This document shows positions 10,757 to 20,012 of a stretch of 64,000 bases of DNA, piece after piece (position 1 is the first letter of the stretch; each line of letters begins with the position of its first letter). The notes beneath the pieces were generated by a model, which worked only from the letters and a program-made list of their open reading frames with translations, was not told the DNA's origin and made no database searches. Source of the stretch: an uncultured Bacteroides sp. (GTDB taxonomy: Bacteria > Bacteroidota > Bacteroidia > Bacteroidales > Bacteroidaceae); contig NZ_URFY01000005.1 of NCBI RefSeq assembly GCF_900547205.1, positions 58,459-122,458 on the forward strand, given 5' to 3'. A program made the translations under genes and the position numbers.

Positions 10757-12397
10757 ATGAAACTAAAGTACATCTTAACTCTACTATGGATAGCCTGCGG
10801 AAGCGGAATGTTATCAGCGCAAGAAGTCGCATTAGTGCCACAACCCTCTCACCTGAACGTGACAAACGAAAGCTTTGAATTTGGAAAGCAAGTGAAAGCA
10901 AAGGTTGCTCCTTATCAGGGAGACAGCATCAATATCGTTTTTGATTCCTTCAAAGATGATTTTCGGAAGGCTACGGGCATCAAGATTTCATCTACCCGCA
11001 ATGAAGCGAAGGCAACCATCTTACTAGCCCTGAATAAAGAACTTGCGGCAGATGCCTATAAACTCAACGTTTCGAAAGAGCAAATCCGCATTGAAGCGGC
11101 ACGCCCCGTGGGTTTCTTCTATGCTTTGCAAACTCTTAAACAATTGATGCCCCGCAACGTAATGGCAGGTGTTGCCATGACCGAACAGAAAGCATGGAGC
11201 ATCCCCACCGTGGAAATTGAGGACGCTCCGCGTTTCCAATGGAGAGGTTTTATGCTGGACGAAGGTAGGCACTTCTTCGGCAAAGAGGAAGTGAAACGTG
11301 TACTCGACATAATGGCTACTTACAAGATGAACCGTTTCCACTGGCATCTGACCGAGGACCAGGGTTGGAGAATTGAAATAAAGAAGTATCCCAAGCTGAC
11401 GGAAGTTGGCGCATGGAGAGACAGCAAAGTGCTGGCTTACGGCGACGTGAAGACGGATGGCGAACGCTACGGAGGATTCTACACGCAGAAGGATATTAAA
11501 GAAGTAGTGGAATACGCCAAAAAGAAGTTCATTGAGATTGTTCCTGAGATTGACATTCCGGGACACTCGCAGGCTGCCATCGCTGCTTACCCGGAGTTTC
11601 TGGCTTGCGACCCGCAAAACGAACATGGTGTGTGGCTGCGTCAAGGGGTTTCGGCCGATGTGATTAATGTGGCTAATCCTAAAGCGGTGCAGTTTGCCAA
11701 AGATGTTGTTGATGAATTGATTGAGTTATTCCCCTTCGGATACCTTCATCTGGGCGGAGACGAATGCCCTACTCAGAAATGGGAAAAGAATGAAGAATGC
11801 AAAGCGTTGCTCAACGAGATTGGTTCTACCAAATTCAGGGATTTGCAGCTACACTTCTATAAACAACTGAAAGATCATATCGCCGCAAAACCCGCCAATC
11901 AGCAACGGCAACTGATTTTCTGGAATGAAGTACTTCATGGAAATACGGAACTTATGGGCAATGACATCACCGTCATGGCTTGGATAGGTGCGAACAAAGC
12001 TGCCAAACAGGCTGCAAAGCTGGGAATGAATACTATCCTAAGCCCGCAAATACCTTATTATATTAACAGAAAGCAATCGAATCTTCCCACCGAGCCGAAG
12101 ACACAGGGACAAGGAACGGAGACTGTGGAAGCTGTTTACAATTATCAACCGCTCAATGGAGTGGATGCCGAGCTTCAACCTTATTATATGGGAGTGCAAG
12201 CCAACTTCTGGAGCGAATGGGTCTTAGAGCCTTCTGTTCTCGAATATCTGATATTGCCACGCCTTGCCGCTGTTGCCGAAGCTGGATGGACGCCGCAGGA
12301 GAAAAGGGACTATGAAAGCTTTAAGGAGCGGGTTCGGAAGGATGCGGAGTTGTATGAGTTGAAAGGCTGGGACTATGGTAAGCATATCATGAAGTAG
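10757..12397 (+). CDS. GH20 family beta-N-acetylhexosaminidase
   Basis: Signal peptide, then a GH20 catalytic region (RFHWHLTEDQGWRIEIKKYPKLTEVGAWR and HLGGDE, the GH20 acid/base D-E pair). It is divergent from GH84, matching the B. thetaiotaomicron BT4394/BT4395 arrangement as recalled. Confidence 0.9.
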   Translation: MKLKYILTLLWIACGSGMLSAQEVALVPQPSHLNVTNESFEFGKQVKAKVAPYQGDSINIVFDSFKDDFRKATGIKISSTRNEAKATILLALNKELAADAYKLNVSKEQIRIEAARPVGFFYALQTLKQLMPRNVMAGVAMTEQKAWSIPTVEIEDAPRFQWRGFMLDEGRHFFGKEEVKRVLDIMATYKMNRFHWHLTEDQGWRIEIKKYPKLTEVGAWRDSKVLAYGDVKTDGERYGGFYTQKDIKEVVEYAKKKFIEIVPEIDIPGHSQAAIAAYPEFLACDPQNEHGVWLRQGVSADVINVANPKAVQFAKDVVDELIELFPFGYLHLGGDECPTQKWEKNEECKALLNEIGSTKFRDLQLHFYKQLKDHIAAKPANQQRQLIFWNEVLHGNTELMGNDITVMAWIGANKAAKQAAKLGMNTILSPQIPYYINRKQSNLPTEPKTQGQGTETVEAVYNYQPLNGVDAELQPYYMGVQANFWSEWVLEPSVLEYLILPRLAAVAEAGWTPQEKRDYESFKERVRKDAELYELKGWDYGKHIMK

Positions 12398-12456
12398 ACC
12401 GTAGCTTTTCAAAAGGTTTTACGCTTGTTCAATGAATATTCATCGGACTGAACAGT

Positions 12457-12579
12457 GATTCATTTTTAGACGCGGATAACGCGGATGATGCGGATTTTTT
12501 ATCTCTTTGTAGAATATAACTTAATGATATTTATTAGATCCGTGTCATCCGCGTTATCCGCGTCTAAAAAATGAATGCA
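12457..12579. repeat. Long inverted repeat (about 40-bp arms, about 40-bp loop) with core GACGCGGATAACGCGGATGA; MITE/REP-like hairpin element
   Basis: Left arm tgattcatttttagacgcggataacgcggatgatgcggat. Right arm atccgtgtcatccgcgttatccgcgtctaaaaaatgaatgca. About 36 of 40 arm positions are complementary. The element lies between the convergent 3' ends of GH20 and the B3/4 gene. Confidence 0.8.
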
Positions 12580-12589
12580 CACTATTAAA

Positions 12590-13255
12590 TCACTCGAAAT
12601 AGACTACCTCCCCACCATCCGACGCGGCATAATCTCTCAACAATGACTGAACCATTTCGGTAGCTTCCTTCAATCCTTCTTTACCGTTATAGCCATTGAT
12701 TATTGCTAGGATATGGGTAGTGCCTATATCCATCTTCGTCCGCTCATGGTCGCTGGTCGGTGTACCTATACCTCCCACGGCATCTCTGTAAACCGGCAAT
12801 CCTTCGATATTCAACACTCCACGACCGATACCTTCAAACGGTTCGCCGGCTTTGCCGACGCCTAGTTCAAGGTGTGTTCCCTCTATTTTGTCCGCATCGA
12901 ACCCACCGATAGAGTGCCCCGTGCGGAGTGAAACCAAGTTAATGAGGTCTACCAACGTATCAATCTGATATAAAGCAATTCCTCGCATCAACCGACGGCG
13001 CAGGGCTTCGGCCGACGGACGATAACGTCCCGGATCTTTGCCGCAACGTTTGTAAGCCTCGCGGGTAGCGGCAATCACAGGCTGCCGCTTGATGTCTTCC
13101 ATCTGAGTGGTAGTAGTCAACTGCTTGGTGAAGGCATTGATTTCTTCCCAAAGTCCTTCGCAGTAAGCGGTATTCTTCACTGCTGCATAGACGGCTGCTC
13201 CGGCAAAAACTGGGCAAGCGGTCTTTAATTCTTCAGATACTTTTAGTTCAAACAT
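12590..13255 (-). CDS. B3/B4 tRNA-binding domain protein (PheT B3/4-like, YtpR-like)
   Basis: 221 aa. Similar to stand-alone B3/4 domain proteins (GHSIGGFDADKIEG, NIEGLPVYRDAVGGIGTPTSD). Assignment is from memory of the family. Confidence 0.6.
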   Translation of the reverse strand: MFELKVSEELKTACPVFAGAAVYAAVKNTAYCEGLWEEINAFTKQLTTTTQMEDIKRQPVIAATREAYKRCGKDPGRYRPSAEALRRRLMRGIALYQIDTLVDLINLVSLRTGHSIGGFDADKIEGTHLELGVGKAGEPFEGIGRGVLNIEGLPVYRDAVGGIGTPTSDHERTKMDIGTTHILAIINGYNGKEGLKEATEMVQSLLRDYAASDGGEVVYFE

Positions 13256-13317
13256 AACTTATTCAATGGTACTTTGTTCAAAGATACTCCATTCAGGCAG
13301 TACGCCGTTCTTTCGTT

Positions 13318-14130
13318 CTATTCATTAATCATTATCCCCGACAATATCCGCCCGGACTTAATCCCTAAACGTCTTGCCGAAAAGAACTCATCATGATGAA
13401 TATAGGTACAGACGCCCGCCATCTCTATCTGCTCCGGGGGTACACCTGCGTCCAGCAATTGCATCCGGTTTGCTTCCCACAAGTCAATATGATATTTACC
13501 CGTATCTTCCTTCCGGATAGAGATACGCGACATATCGAAACCATTTGCCAGAAATGTTTCGTACACCTCCTCGCCTACTTCAAAAGAAGCCAACGATATG
13601 CTGGGACCGATGCAAGTTATCACATCCTCGTCCATCGTCCCGAACTCCTCTCTCATATGCAACAGCGTATCGCGCACAATATACTCCACCGTTCCCCGCC
13701 ATCCTGCATGAATGGCGCCAACTGCATTGTGCTTCTTGTCATACACCAGCACAGGCACACAATCCGCTGTCGAAATGCAAAGGCAATATCCCGGTACACG
13801 AGTAATCATCGCATCTATCCCGTTCAGCATTTCCCGCCTCAACTCAGGGGTGGAAGATAAATAAATATCATCTATCAGCAAACAATGGGTGCTATGCGTC
13901 TGCACAGGAATCACCAGTTCTTTAGGTTGCTGCAGCATTCCTTCCACCAACAATCTTTGGTTCTGACGGACAGCTTCTGTACTATCTCCACTATAATGCG
14001 TGCAATTGAATGATGCATAAGCGCCCTCGCCGCATCCTCCCCGCCGCGTGGTTACAAAATGAGAAATGTTGGAATATGAGCCTAGCGACTCATACCCCAA
14101 CATTCTTTTATCTTTTGTGAGTGAAATCAT
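13318..14130 (-). CDS. pgeF: Peptidoglycan editing factor PgeF / YfiH (laccase-domain, purine nucleoside phosphorylase-like) family protein
   Basis: 270 aa. Conserved YfiH motifs ([50 protein letters not shown]). Its start overlaps the obg stop by 4 nt. Confidence 0.8.
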   Translation of the reverse strand: MISLTKDKRMLGYESLGSYSNISHFVTTRRGGCGEGAYASFNCTHYSGDSTEAVRQNQRLLVEGMLQQPKELVIPVQTHSTHCLLIDDIYLSSTPELRREMLNGIDAMITRVPGYCLCISTADCVPVLVYDKKHNAVGAIHAGWRGTVEYIVRDTLLHMREEFGTMDEDVITCIGPSISLASFEVGEEVYETFLANGFDMSRISIRKEDTGKYHIDLWEANRMQLLDAGVPPEQIEMAGVCTYIHHDEFFSARRLGIKSGRILSGIMINE

Positions 14131-15296
14131 TTTTCCTCCCAGTCCTCTTCTTCGTATTCGTAATCAACATCTTCCTCATCGTCGTCTTCCACTTCTTCCT
14201 CATATTCATAAGCGATGTCTTCATCCTCGCCCATCTCTTTGAGTTCCTGTTGCAGACGGGTCACGTCCTTCGGACGATGCACGATGTCTTCTATCTTGTT
14301 ACTTTCCTTGTTCAACTCTTCCCACAGAATGTCTTTCAACACCGAGATTCCCAATCCGGAAACCGAAGAGATGAATACATGAGGAATGTTCTCGGGCAAT
14401 GTTGGCTCTATCTCGTCCATCAGCTCCTGATCGAGCATATCGCTCTTCGTGATAGCCAACACACGTTGCTTGTCCAACATCTCCGGGTTGAAAGTACCCA
14501 ACTCATTCAGCAACACTTCATATTCCTTGCGAATGTCGTCGCTATCTGCCGGAACCATAAAGAGCAGCAACGAGTTGCGTTCGATGTGGCGCAGAAAACG
14601 AAGTCCGAGTCCTTTGCCTTGGCTTGCACCTTCGATGATGCCGGGAATGTCTGCCATCACGAAGGACTTACCGTCGCGATAGGAAACGATACCCAAGTTC
14701 GGCTCAAGCGTAGTAAACGGATAATCGGCAATCTTCGGTTTGGCAGCCGAAATGGCAGAAAGCAACGTTGACTTTCCTGCATTGGGGAATCCCACCAGAC
14801 CGACATCGGCAAGGAGCTTCAACTCCATGATAACGGTCATCTCCTGCATCGGCTCTCCCGGCTGCGCAAAGCGCGGAGCCTGACGGGTTGCCGTCTTGAA
14901 ATGCGAGTTACCTTGTCCGCCACGACCGCCTTTCAACAAGATTACTTCCTGTCCGTCTTCCGTAACATCACACAGATAGTCACCCGTTTCGGCATTATAA
15001 ACCACCGTTCCGCAAGGAACTTCTATTATTTTATCCGCACCGTCTTTTCCGAAACTACGGTTCTTACTCCCCGATTCGCCATGACCTGCCATTGCATGAC
15101 GGTCAAACTTCAGGTGAAGCAGCGTCCAGTAATTACGATTACCGCGCAAGATGATGTGACCTCCTCTTCCGCCATCGCCCCCATCGGGACCTCCGTTAGG
15201 ACAATATTTCTCGCGCCTCATGTGCGTAGATCCTCTTCCGCCCTTACCGGAGCGGCAGTAAATCTTTACGTAATCAACAAAATTCGATTCAGCCAC
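14127..15296 (-). CDS. obg: GTPase Obg/CgtA
   Basis: Obg fold N-domain with glycine-rich tracts ([26 protein letters not shown]). GTPase motifs G1 GFPNAGKST and G3 DIPGIIEG are present, with an acidic C-terminal tail. The start codon in the sequence is GTG (cac on the plus strand at 15294-15296), with no in-frame ATG upstream before a stop. Confidence 0.9.
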   Translation of the reverse strand: MAESNFVDYVKIYCRSGKGGRGSTHMRREKYCPNGGPDGGDGGRGGHIILRGNRNYWTLLHLKFDRHAMAGHGESGSKNRSFGKDGADKIIEVPCGTVVYNAETGDYLCDVTEDGQEVILLKGGRGGQGNSHFKTATRQAPRFAQPGEPMQEMTVIMELKLLADVGLVGFPNAGKSTLLSAISAAKPKIADYPFTTLEPNLGIVSYRDGKSFVMADIPGIIEGASQGKGLGLRFLRHIERNSLLLFMVPADSDDIRKEYEVLLNELGTFNPEMLDKQRVLAITKSDMLDQELMDEIEPTLPENIPHVFISSVSGLGISVLKDILWEELNKESNKIEDIVHRPKDVTRLQQELKEMGEDEDIAYEYEEEVEDDDEEDVDYEYEEEDWEEK

Positions 15297-15332
15297 GTTG
15301 TTAATGATTAGTTGGTTAGTGATTAGTGATTA

Positions 15333-15902
15333 TCAAAACTTATCTACCGCTTCACAAACTTCGGCAAAGATACCTTCCATAGTACCCAGACCGTTGATGT
15401 GTTGGTATTTCTCTTCTTTCTTATACCAGTCGATGAGCGGAGCAGTTTGTGAATGATATACGTGCAGACGTTTCTTGATAGTCTCTTCGTTATCGTCGGC
15501 ACGACCGGAGTCTTTACCGCGTTTGATAAGACGTACCATCAGTTCTTCTTCCGGCACATCCAAGTCTACCATTACAGAAACTTCCTGTCCTCTTTCAGCC
15601 AGCATTTTCTTTAATGCTTCAGCTTGTGCAATTGTTCTTGGGAAACCGTCGAAAATTACACCTTTGCTATCTTTGAAGCTATCGAATACGCTTGCAAGGA
15701 TATCTATCATCAGTTCGTCAGGAATCAGTTGACCTTGGTCGATGTAACCTTTAGCAGTTTTACCCAGTTCCGTGCCGTTCTTGATTTCCGCACGCAATAC
15801 ATCTCCTGTTGAGATGTGATTGATTCCATACTTTTCTACAATACGTTCACTCTGAGTTCCTTTTCCAGAACCCGGAGCACCAAAAATTACAATGTTCAAC
15901 AT
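15333..15902 (-). CDS. adk: Adenylate kinase
   Basis: P-loop GAPGSGKGTQ. NMP-binding and LID-less short-form motifs (ISTGDVLR, FDGFPRT). 189 aa. Confidence 0.95.
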   Translation of the reverse strand: MLNIVIFGAPGSGKGTQSERIVEKYGINHISTGDVLRAEIKNGTELGKTAKGYIDQGQLIPDELMIDILASVFDSFKDSKGVIFDGFPRTIAQAEALKKMLAERGQEVSVMVDLDVPEEELMVRLIKRGKDSGRADDNEETIKKRLHVYHSQTAPLIDWYKKEEKYQHINGLGTMEGIFAEVCEAVDKF

Positions 15903-15961
15903 CTTGTTATTTACTATTTAACGATTTACTATTTACCATTTAAACTGGTACCTATTTAACA

Positions 15962-16498
15962 TTAATCTATTACTGTGTAAATGTCGGGATAGTTGCGTCC
16001 GAATCCGTCATAGTCCAATCCGTATCCCACGATAAAGTCGTTGGGAATCGCCATCGCTACATATTCGATGTTCAGGTCCACCTTGAGTTTCTCGGGTTTC
16101 ACCAATAAGGAAGCGATGTGGATTGATTCGGGACTACGCGTTCCCAATGTTTCGAGCAGTCGTTGCATAGTCAGCCCTGTGTCTACTATATCTTCTACGA
16201 TGACGATCGTGCGTCCGGCAATGTCTTCATTCAGACCGATTACTTCTTTTATCACTCCGGTGGAAGTCACTCCCTGATAGGAAGCCAGCTTCACGAAGGA
16301 TATTTCGCAAGGGATAGTGATGTGTTTCAGCAAGTCGGCGGTAAACATGAACGAACCGTTCAACACACTAAGGAAAAGCGGGTTCTTACCTGCCAAGTCG
16401 CGGTTTATTTCATTCGCTACGCGAATCACTTCTTTCTGAATGTCCTGTTCTTTGATAGAAACAGTGAATTGCTTATCTTTTATCTGAATGGTATTCAT
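15962..16498 (-). CDS. hpt: Hypoxanthine phosphoribosyltransferase
   Basis: PRPP-binding motif VIVEDIVDTGLT. Likely start MNTIQIKDKQF at the ATG at 16498; the ORF track begins 12 codons upstream. Confidence 0.85.
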   Translation of the reverse strand: MNTIQIKDKQFTVSIKEQDIQKEVIRVANEINRDLAGKNPLFLSVLNGSFMFTADLLKHITIPCEISFVKLASYQGVTSTGVIKEVIGLNEDIAGRTIVIVEDIVDTGLTMQRLLETLGTRSPESIHIASLLVKPEKLKVDLNIEYVAMAIPNDFIVGYGLDYDGFGRNYPDIYTVID

Positions 16499-16537
16499 AA
16501 CCGGTGTTTTAAGAAAGTTGTGGCAAAAATACAATTT

Positions 16538-18082
16538 TTATTCCACTCCATGCATCATCTTCTGCAATTTCTTCGAAAGAAGGAACAGAATGAGGGAGGC
16601 GACGCCCGACATCACGACGAAGAGCATGAAGAAGTCGTACATCGTTGCAATCTGATAACCCAGGATTGTTTTCACCTTTCCGTCTTCGGGATAAAGGCCG
16701 CTCAGCATACCTGCAAACTTATTGGCAGTGGCATTGGAGAGGTACCAGATACCCATCATCAACGAGGCGAAACGAAGGGGAGTCAGCTTGTTGACCATCG
16801 AGAGTCCGATGGGCGACAAGGCGATTTCGCCCATTGTGTGGATGAAGTAAAGTCCCGTCAGCCAAATCATGCTTACTTTCACTCCGGGGATGGCATCTTT
16901 TACTCCGAAGCAGATGAAAAGGTAGCCCAGAGAAAGGAGCAACAGGCCGATGGCTTGTTTCGTAGGAGATGCAGGTTCCATTCTGTGCTTGCTGAGGAAG
17001 CTCCATACGCCCGGCATGATGTAGGCAAGTACCACAACGAATAGCGGATTGAATGACTGGAACCAAGAAGCGGGCATTTCCCAGCCGAAGATGTCTCGGT
17101 TTGTTTGCTCGGCAGCGAAAAGGGTTAAGGAAGCACCTGCCTGTTCGTAGGCCGCCCAGAAGAAAATAACGAAGAAGGCTATGATGTAGATGACGAAGAT
17201 GCGGCTGCGTTCTATCTTAGTGAGCGAGCCATCCAGCAGAATGAGCACGGGGAAGACGATGCAGGCGGTAAAGATGCCGATGCTTACCCAGTCGCCTTCG
17301 AAGGCATAACTGAAAAAGGCTATCAGGACGGCGGCAAGTGCTACTATAATAATAAGGTTGCGTATCTTGGTCCTTTTGTCCATCGACGGATGGGAAATAT
17401 GTTCAGCTTTATCTTCTTTCTTTTCTCTCTTTGCGTCGGGGAGGATACCGATTGGTTCTCCGGTTGGTGAGTAAAGATATTTATTCTTTTGGGTTTCGAA
17501 GAGGACTACGGTGAACAGCGTCATGATACCGGCTGCAAGGAATCCCCATTTAAAATCATTCGGATTGCCTGTATCGCCCAGATATCCGCATATCAGGGGA
17601 GCTGCGAAAGAACCTACGTTTACTCCCATGTAAAAGATGGTGTAAGCAGCGTCGAGTCGTTTATCTCCCGGTTCGTAGAGTTGGCCTACCATAGAGGTGA
17701 CAGTTGGCTTGAAGCAACCGTTGCCAAGAATCAAGAAGGTGAGTCCGCTGTACATCAGCCAATGGGCTAGTTCTGTGTTACTTAGTAACGATGCACTTGC
17801 AAACATCAGGAATTGTCCTACTGCCATCATCATCGCTCCCCAGAATACGGAACGGCGGATGCCCCAGTATTTATCGGCAATGTATCCGCCAATCAATGGA
17901 GTGAGGTAAACTAATCCGGTGTAGCTACCGTAGATGGATGCGGCAGCTTCTTTGTCAAACAATAATGCTTGCGTCAGGAAAAGAATGAAGATAGCACGCA
18001 TTCCGTAGTAGCTGAAACGCTCTGCTGTGCTTGTTGCGAAAATTAAATAAAGGCCCTTCGGATGCCCTGTCAATGCACTCAT
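16538..18082 (-). CDS. POT/PTR2 family proton-dependent oligopeptide (di/tripeptide) transporter
   Basis: 514-aa polytopic membrane protein with a PTR2 signature region (GGYIADKYWGIRRSVFWGAMMMAVGQF) and ExxERFSYYG near the N-terminus. Confidence 0.85.
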   Translation of the reverse strand: MSALTGHPKGLYLIFATSTAERFSYYGMRAIFILFLTQALLFDKEAAASIYGSYTGLVYLTPLIGGYIADKYWGIRRSVFWGAMMMAVGQFLMFASASLLSNTELAHWLMYSGLTFLILGNGCFKPTVTSMVGQLYEPGDKRLDAAYTIFYMGVNVGSFAAPLICGYLGDTGNPNDFKWGFLAAGIMTLFTVVLFETQKNKYLYSPTGEPIGILPDAKREKKEDKAEHISHPSMDKRTKIRNLIIIVALAAVLIAFFSYAFEGDWVSIGIFTACIVFPVLILLDGSLTKIERSRIFVIYIIAFFVIFFWAAYEQAGASLTLFAAEQTNRDIFGWEMPASWFQSFNPLFVVVLAYIMPGVWSFLSKHRMEPASPTKQAIGLLLLSLGYLFICFGVKDAIPGVKVSMIWLTGLYFIHTMGEIALSPIGLSMVNKLTPLRFASLMMGIWYLSNATANKFAGMLSGLYPEDGKVKTILGYQIATMYDFFMLFVVMSGVASLILFLLSKKLQKMMHGVE

Positions 18083-18235
18083 AGATTTATGTGTTTTTAT
18101 GGTTTATGGGGTGCAAAGGTAGCAAAAAATAACTAAAACGAAGGCATTTCACTATCTAAAACCTTCATTGGTTTGGATGCGATACTCTTAATTTTTTAGT
18201 GTCTACTTTATTGAGCAGGTACAATTCTTGATAAC

Positions 18236-18319
18236 ATTCCCTCATAAAAGTGTAGATAATTAGCGAATATTCCCTCATAAAAGTGTTAGTTTACCCTTGA
18301 TATTCCCTCATAAAAGTGT
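18236..18319. repeat. Three perfect 18-bp direct repeats ATTCCCTCATAAAAGTGT at exact 33-bp periodicity (iteron-like)
   Basis: Read directly. Copies lie at about 18236-18253, 18269-18286 and 18302-18319, with 15-bp unrelated spacers. They sit in the 450-bp divergent region between the POT transporter and the NVEALA-like gene. This is too short and too few for CRISPR. Confidence 0.85.
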
Positions 18320-18534
18320 AACTAAGCAAAAAGAAGTATATAAAACAACTCCTTGAATAACGCAATAAAAGTACAACTTTAAGAAGATCAAAGGCAGTAA
18401 GAGATGTTGTTAAAATAATATTGAACATGTTTTTAATTCTTTCCGCAAAGTAACAGTGTTAAATTTATCTAAGTTTTCAATTATATAGTTGTCAATGTGC
18501 TACTTTATTTCTTATTTAGCAAAAAAATATAAAT

Positions 18535-18882
18535 ATGAAAGCAAAGATTATCTACACACTTATTGTATGCACAACATGTATTGCATCAACTTTTGTAACT
18601 ATTAAAAGTTGTAAATCTAATAGAACAGCTATAATGAATTTAGCATTCAATAATATTCAGGCATTAGCTGAATATGAATCAGATGGAGGAGAAGGAGGAG
18701 AAGGAGGAGATGGAGGAGTAAGTACAATGAGATGTGGCAAGAACCTTGAACCGTCTTCAGATGATGCTTTCCATTATAAGTGTAATTCTAATACAACTAC
18801 AAACAGAATGTATAAATGTCCGGGATCTCTCAGCAAAGGTGCAATAAATCCATTTGAAGATAGCTATAGTTGTATGTTATAA
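18535..18882 (+). CDS. Small secreted/membrane-anchored Cys-rich protein, NVEALA-family-like (motif NNIQALAEYE), with Gly/acidic tract GGEGGEGGDGG
   Basis: 115 aa. N-terminal hydrophobic segment (IIYTLIVCTTCIASTFV). A motif resembling the NVEALA family signature. Four cysteines in the C-terminal 50 aa (MRCGK, YKCNS, YKCPG, SYSCML). Low GC. It is first of three co-oriented, overlapping genes. Confidence 0.6.
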   Translation: MKAKIIYTLIVCTTCIASTFVTIKSCKSNRTAIMNLAFNNIQALAEYESDGGEGGEGGDGGVSTMRCGKNLEPSSDDAFHYKCNSNTTTNRMYKCPGSLSKGAINPFEDSYSCML

Positions 18883-18890
18883 TTATGAAT

Positions 18891-20012
18891 ATGAAATGCA
18901 AGATTTTATTCTTGATTTTAATAATTGGCACAATTATAACAGTAAGTACTTTACTGCAAAGTTGTGAAGAGAAAGGAGATTCCTATTTTAAAGGGGATAT
19001 TATAACAATTGAAAAGTTCGACCAAGAGGTAAGGCTTAATAGTACAAAAGTTGAACTGGATGATATTTATGAAGGTCGCCCATTTGTATGTGATTCATTC
19101 CTTATCTTTAATAATTTCAAATGCCCTGATTATTACTTTTATGCATTTAATATCAAAAGCGGGAAGCATATTGCGTCCTTTTGCCCCAAAGGTGAAGGAC
19201 CGGATGGCTTCTTCTCTTGTGATGAATCAGTTCAATTGTTAAGAGAAAACGGAGAAAGTAAGATATGGGTGAGAGATTATAATAAGCAGAATATTCACCT
19301 CATTAATTTGACTCAATCCATTGCTCAGCAGAAGACTGTTACTGATTCTGTTATACCTTTTGAATGGTCTAAACATTTTCAATACCCTCTTCTTAGTGTA
19401 TTCTTTTTAGATGGAAGAGAAATATTAGGTATAAATCAATGTGAAGATTCATATTCTGAAGGTCAGAAATATACTCCGAGAGATCTATTTCTTTTCAAAG
19501 AAACCTTTGATAATAGAATAAAAGAATATCATTTGTATAAACGTCCTGTTATTTGTCAAGATAGGAGAGTCATTTTTGAGCCTTTTGAATTTTATAACGC
19601 AGTTTACAGAATAAAGCCGGATAACACAAAACTTGCGATAGCTATGAAAATGCTTGGACAGATTTCTATTGTAGATATCAAAACAGGAGAACAAAAGAAC
19701 TATCGTATGAAAGAAAGTCTCACATTCTCTGATATTGAGAAAGACATCTATAAAAGTCGTAGGTATTATGGAACAATGGCAGTTAGCGATCAATATATTT
19801 TTGCACTATATATAGATGTAGCTATGAAAGATACTCCTCCACCTTATGGTGGACGTATTATTCATGTATTTACATGGAACGGTGAACCAGTTTATAAAAT
19901 CCAAGTAAATGAATTAATAAAAGATATGGCTGTAGACATCTCTAACCATATTCTTTATGCCACAGATTTAGAAGATAATCTTTATTCTTATGATATTTCT
20001 AAAATTCAGTAG
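18891..20012 (+). CDS. Lipoprotein, predicted beta-propeller fold (BF3164-like / 6-bladed beta-propeller family as recalled), function unknown
   Basis: Lipoprotein signal peptide with lipobox LLQSC. The body is rich in beta-strand repeats with Cys pairs (FVCDSF, FKCPDYY, FCPKGEGPDGFFSCDES) and a C-terminal blade-like YATDLEDNLYSYDIS. The ATG at 18891 (MKCKILF) is preferred over the ORF-track TTG at 18870. The coding region overlaps the stop of the upstream gene. Confidence 0.65.
   Translation: MKCKILFLILIIGTIITVSTLLQSCEEKGDSYFKGDIITIEKFDQEVRLNSTKVELDDIYEGRPFVCDSFLIFNNFKCPDYYFYAFNIKSGKHIASFCPKGEGPDGFFSCDESVQLLRENGESKIWVRDYNKQNIHLINLTQSIAQQKTVTDSVIPFEWSKHFQYPLLSVFFLDGREILGINQCEDSYSEGQKYTPRDLFLFKETFDNRIKEYHLYKRPVICQDRRVIFEPFEFYNAVYRIKPDNTKLAIAMKMLGQISIVDIKTGEQKNYRMKESLTFSDIEKDIYKSRRYYGTMAVSDQYIFALYIDVAMKDTPPPYGGRIIHVFTWNGEPVYKIQVNELIKDMAVDISNHILYATDLEDNLYSYDISKIQ

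Noticed and set aside
18236-18319. Possible CRISPR array (regularly spaced perfect repeats)
   Set aside because: Only 3 repeats of 18 bp with 15-bp spacers. There are no cas genes and no leader, and the repeats are too short for any known CRISPR type. I interpret them as iteron or operator-like direct repeats.
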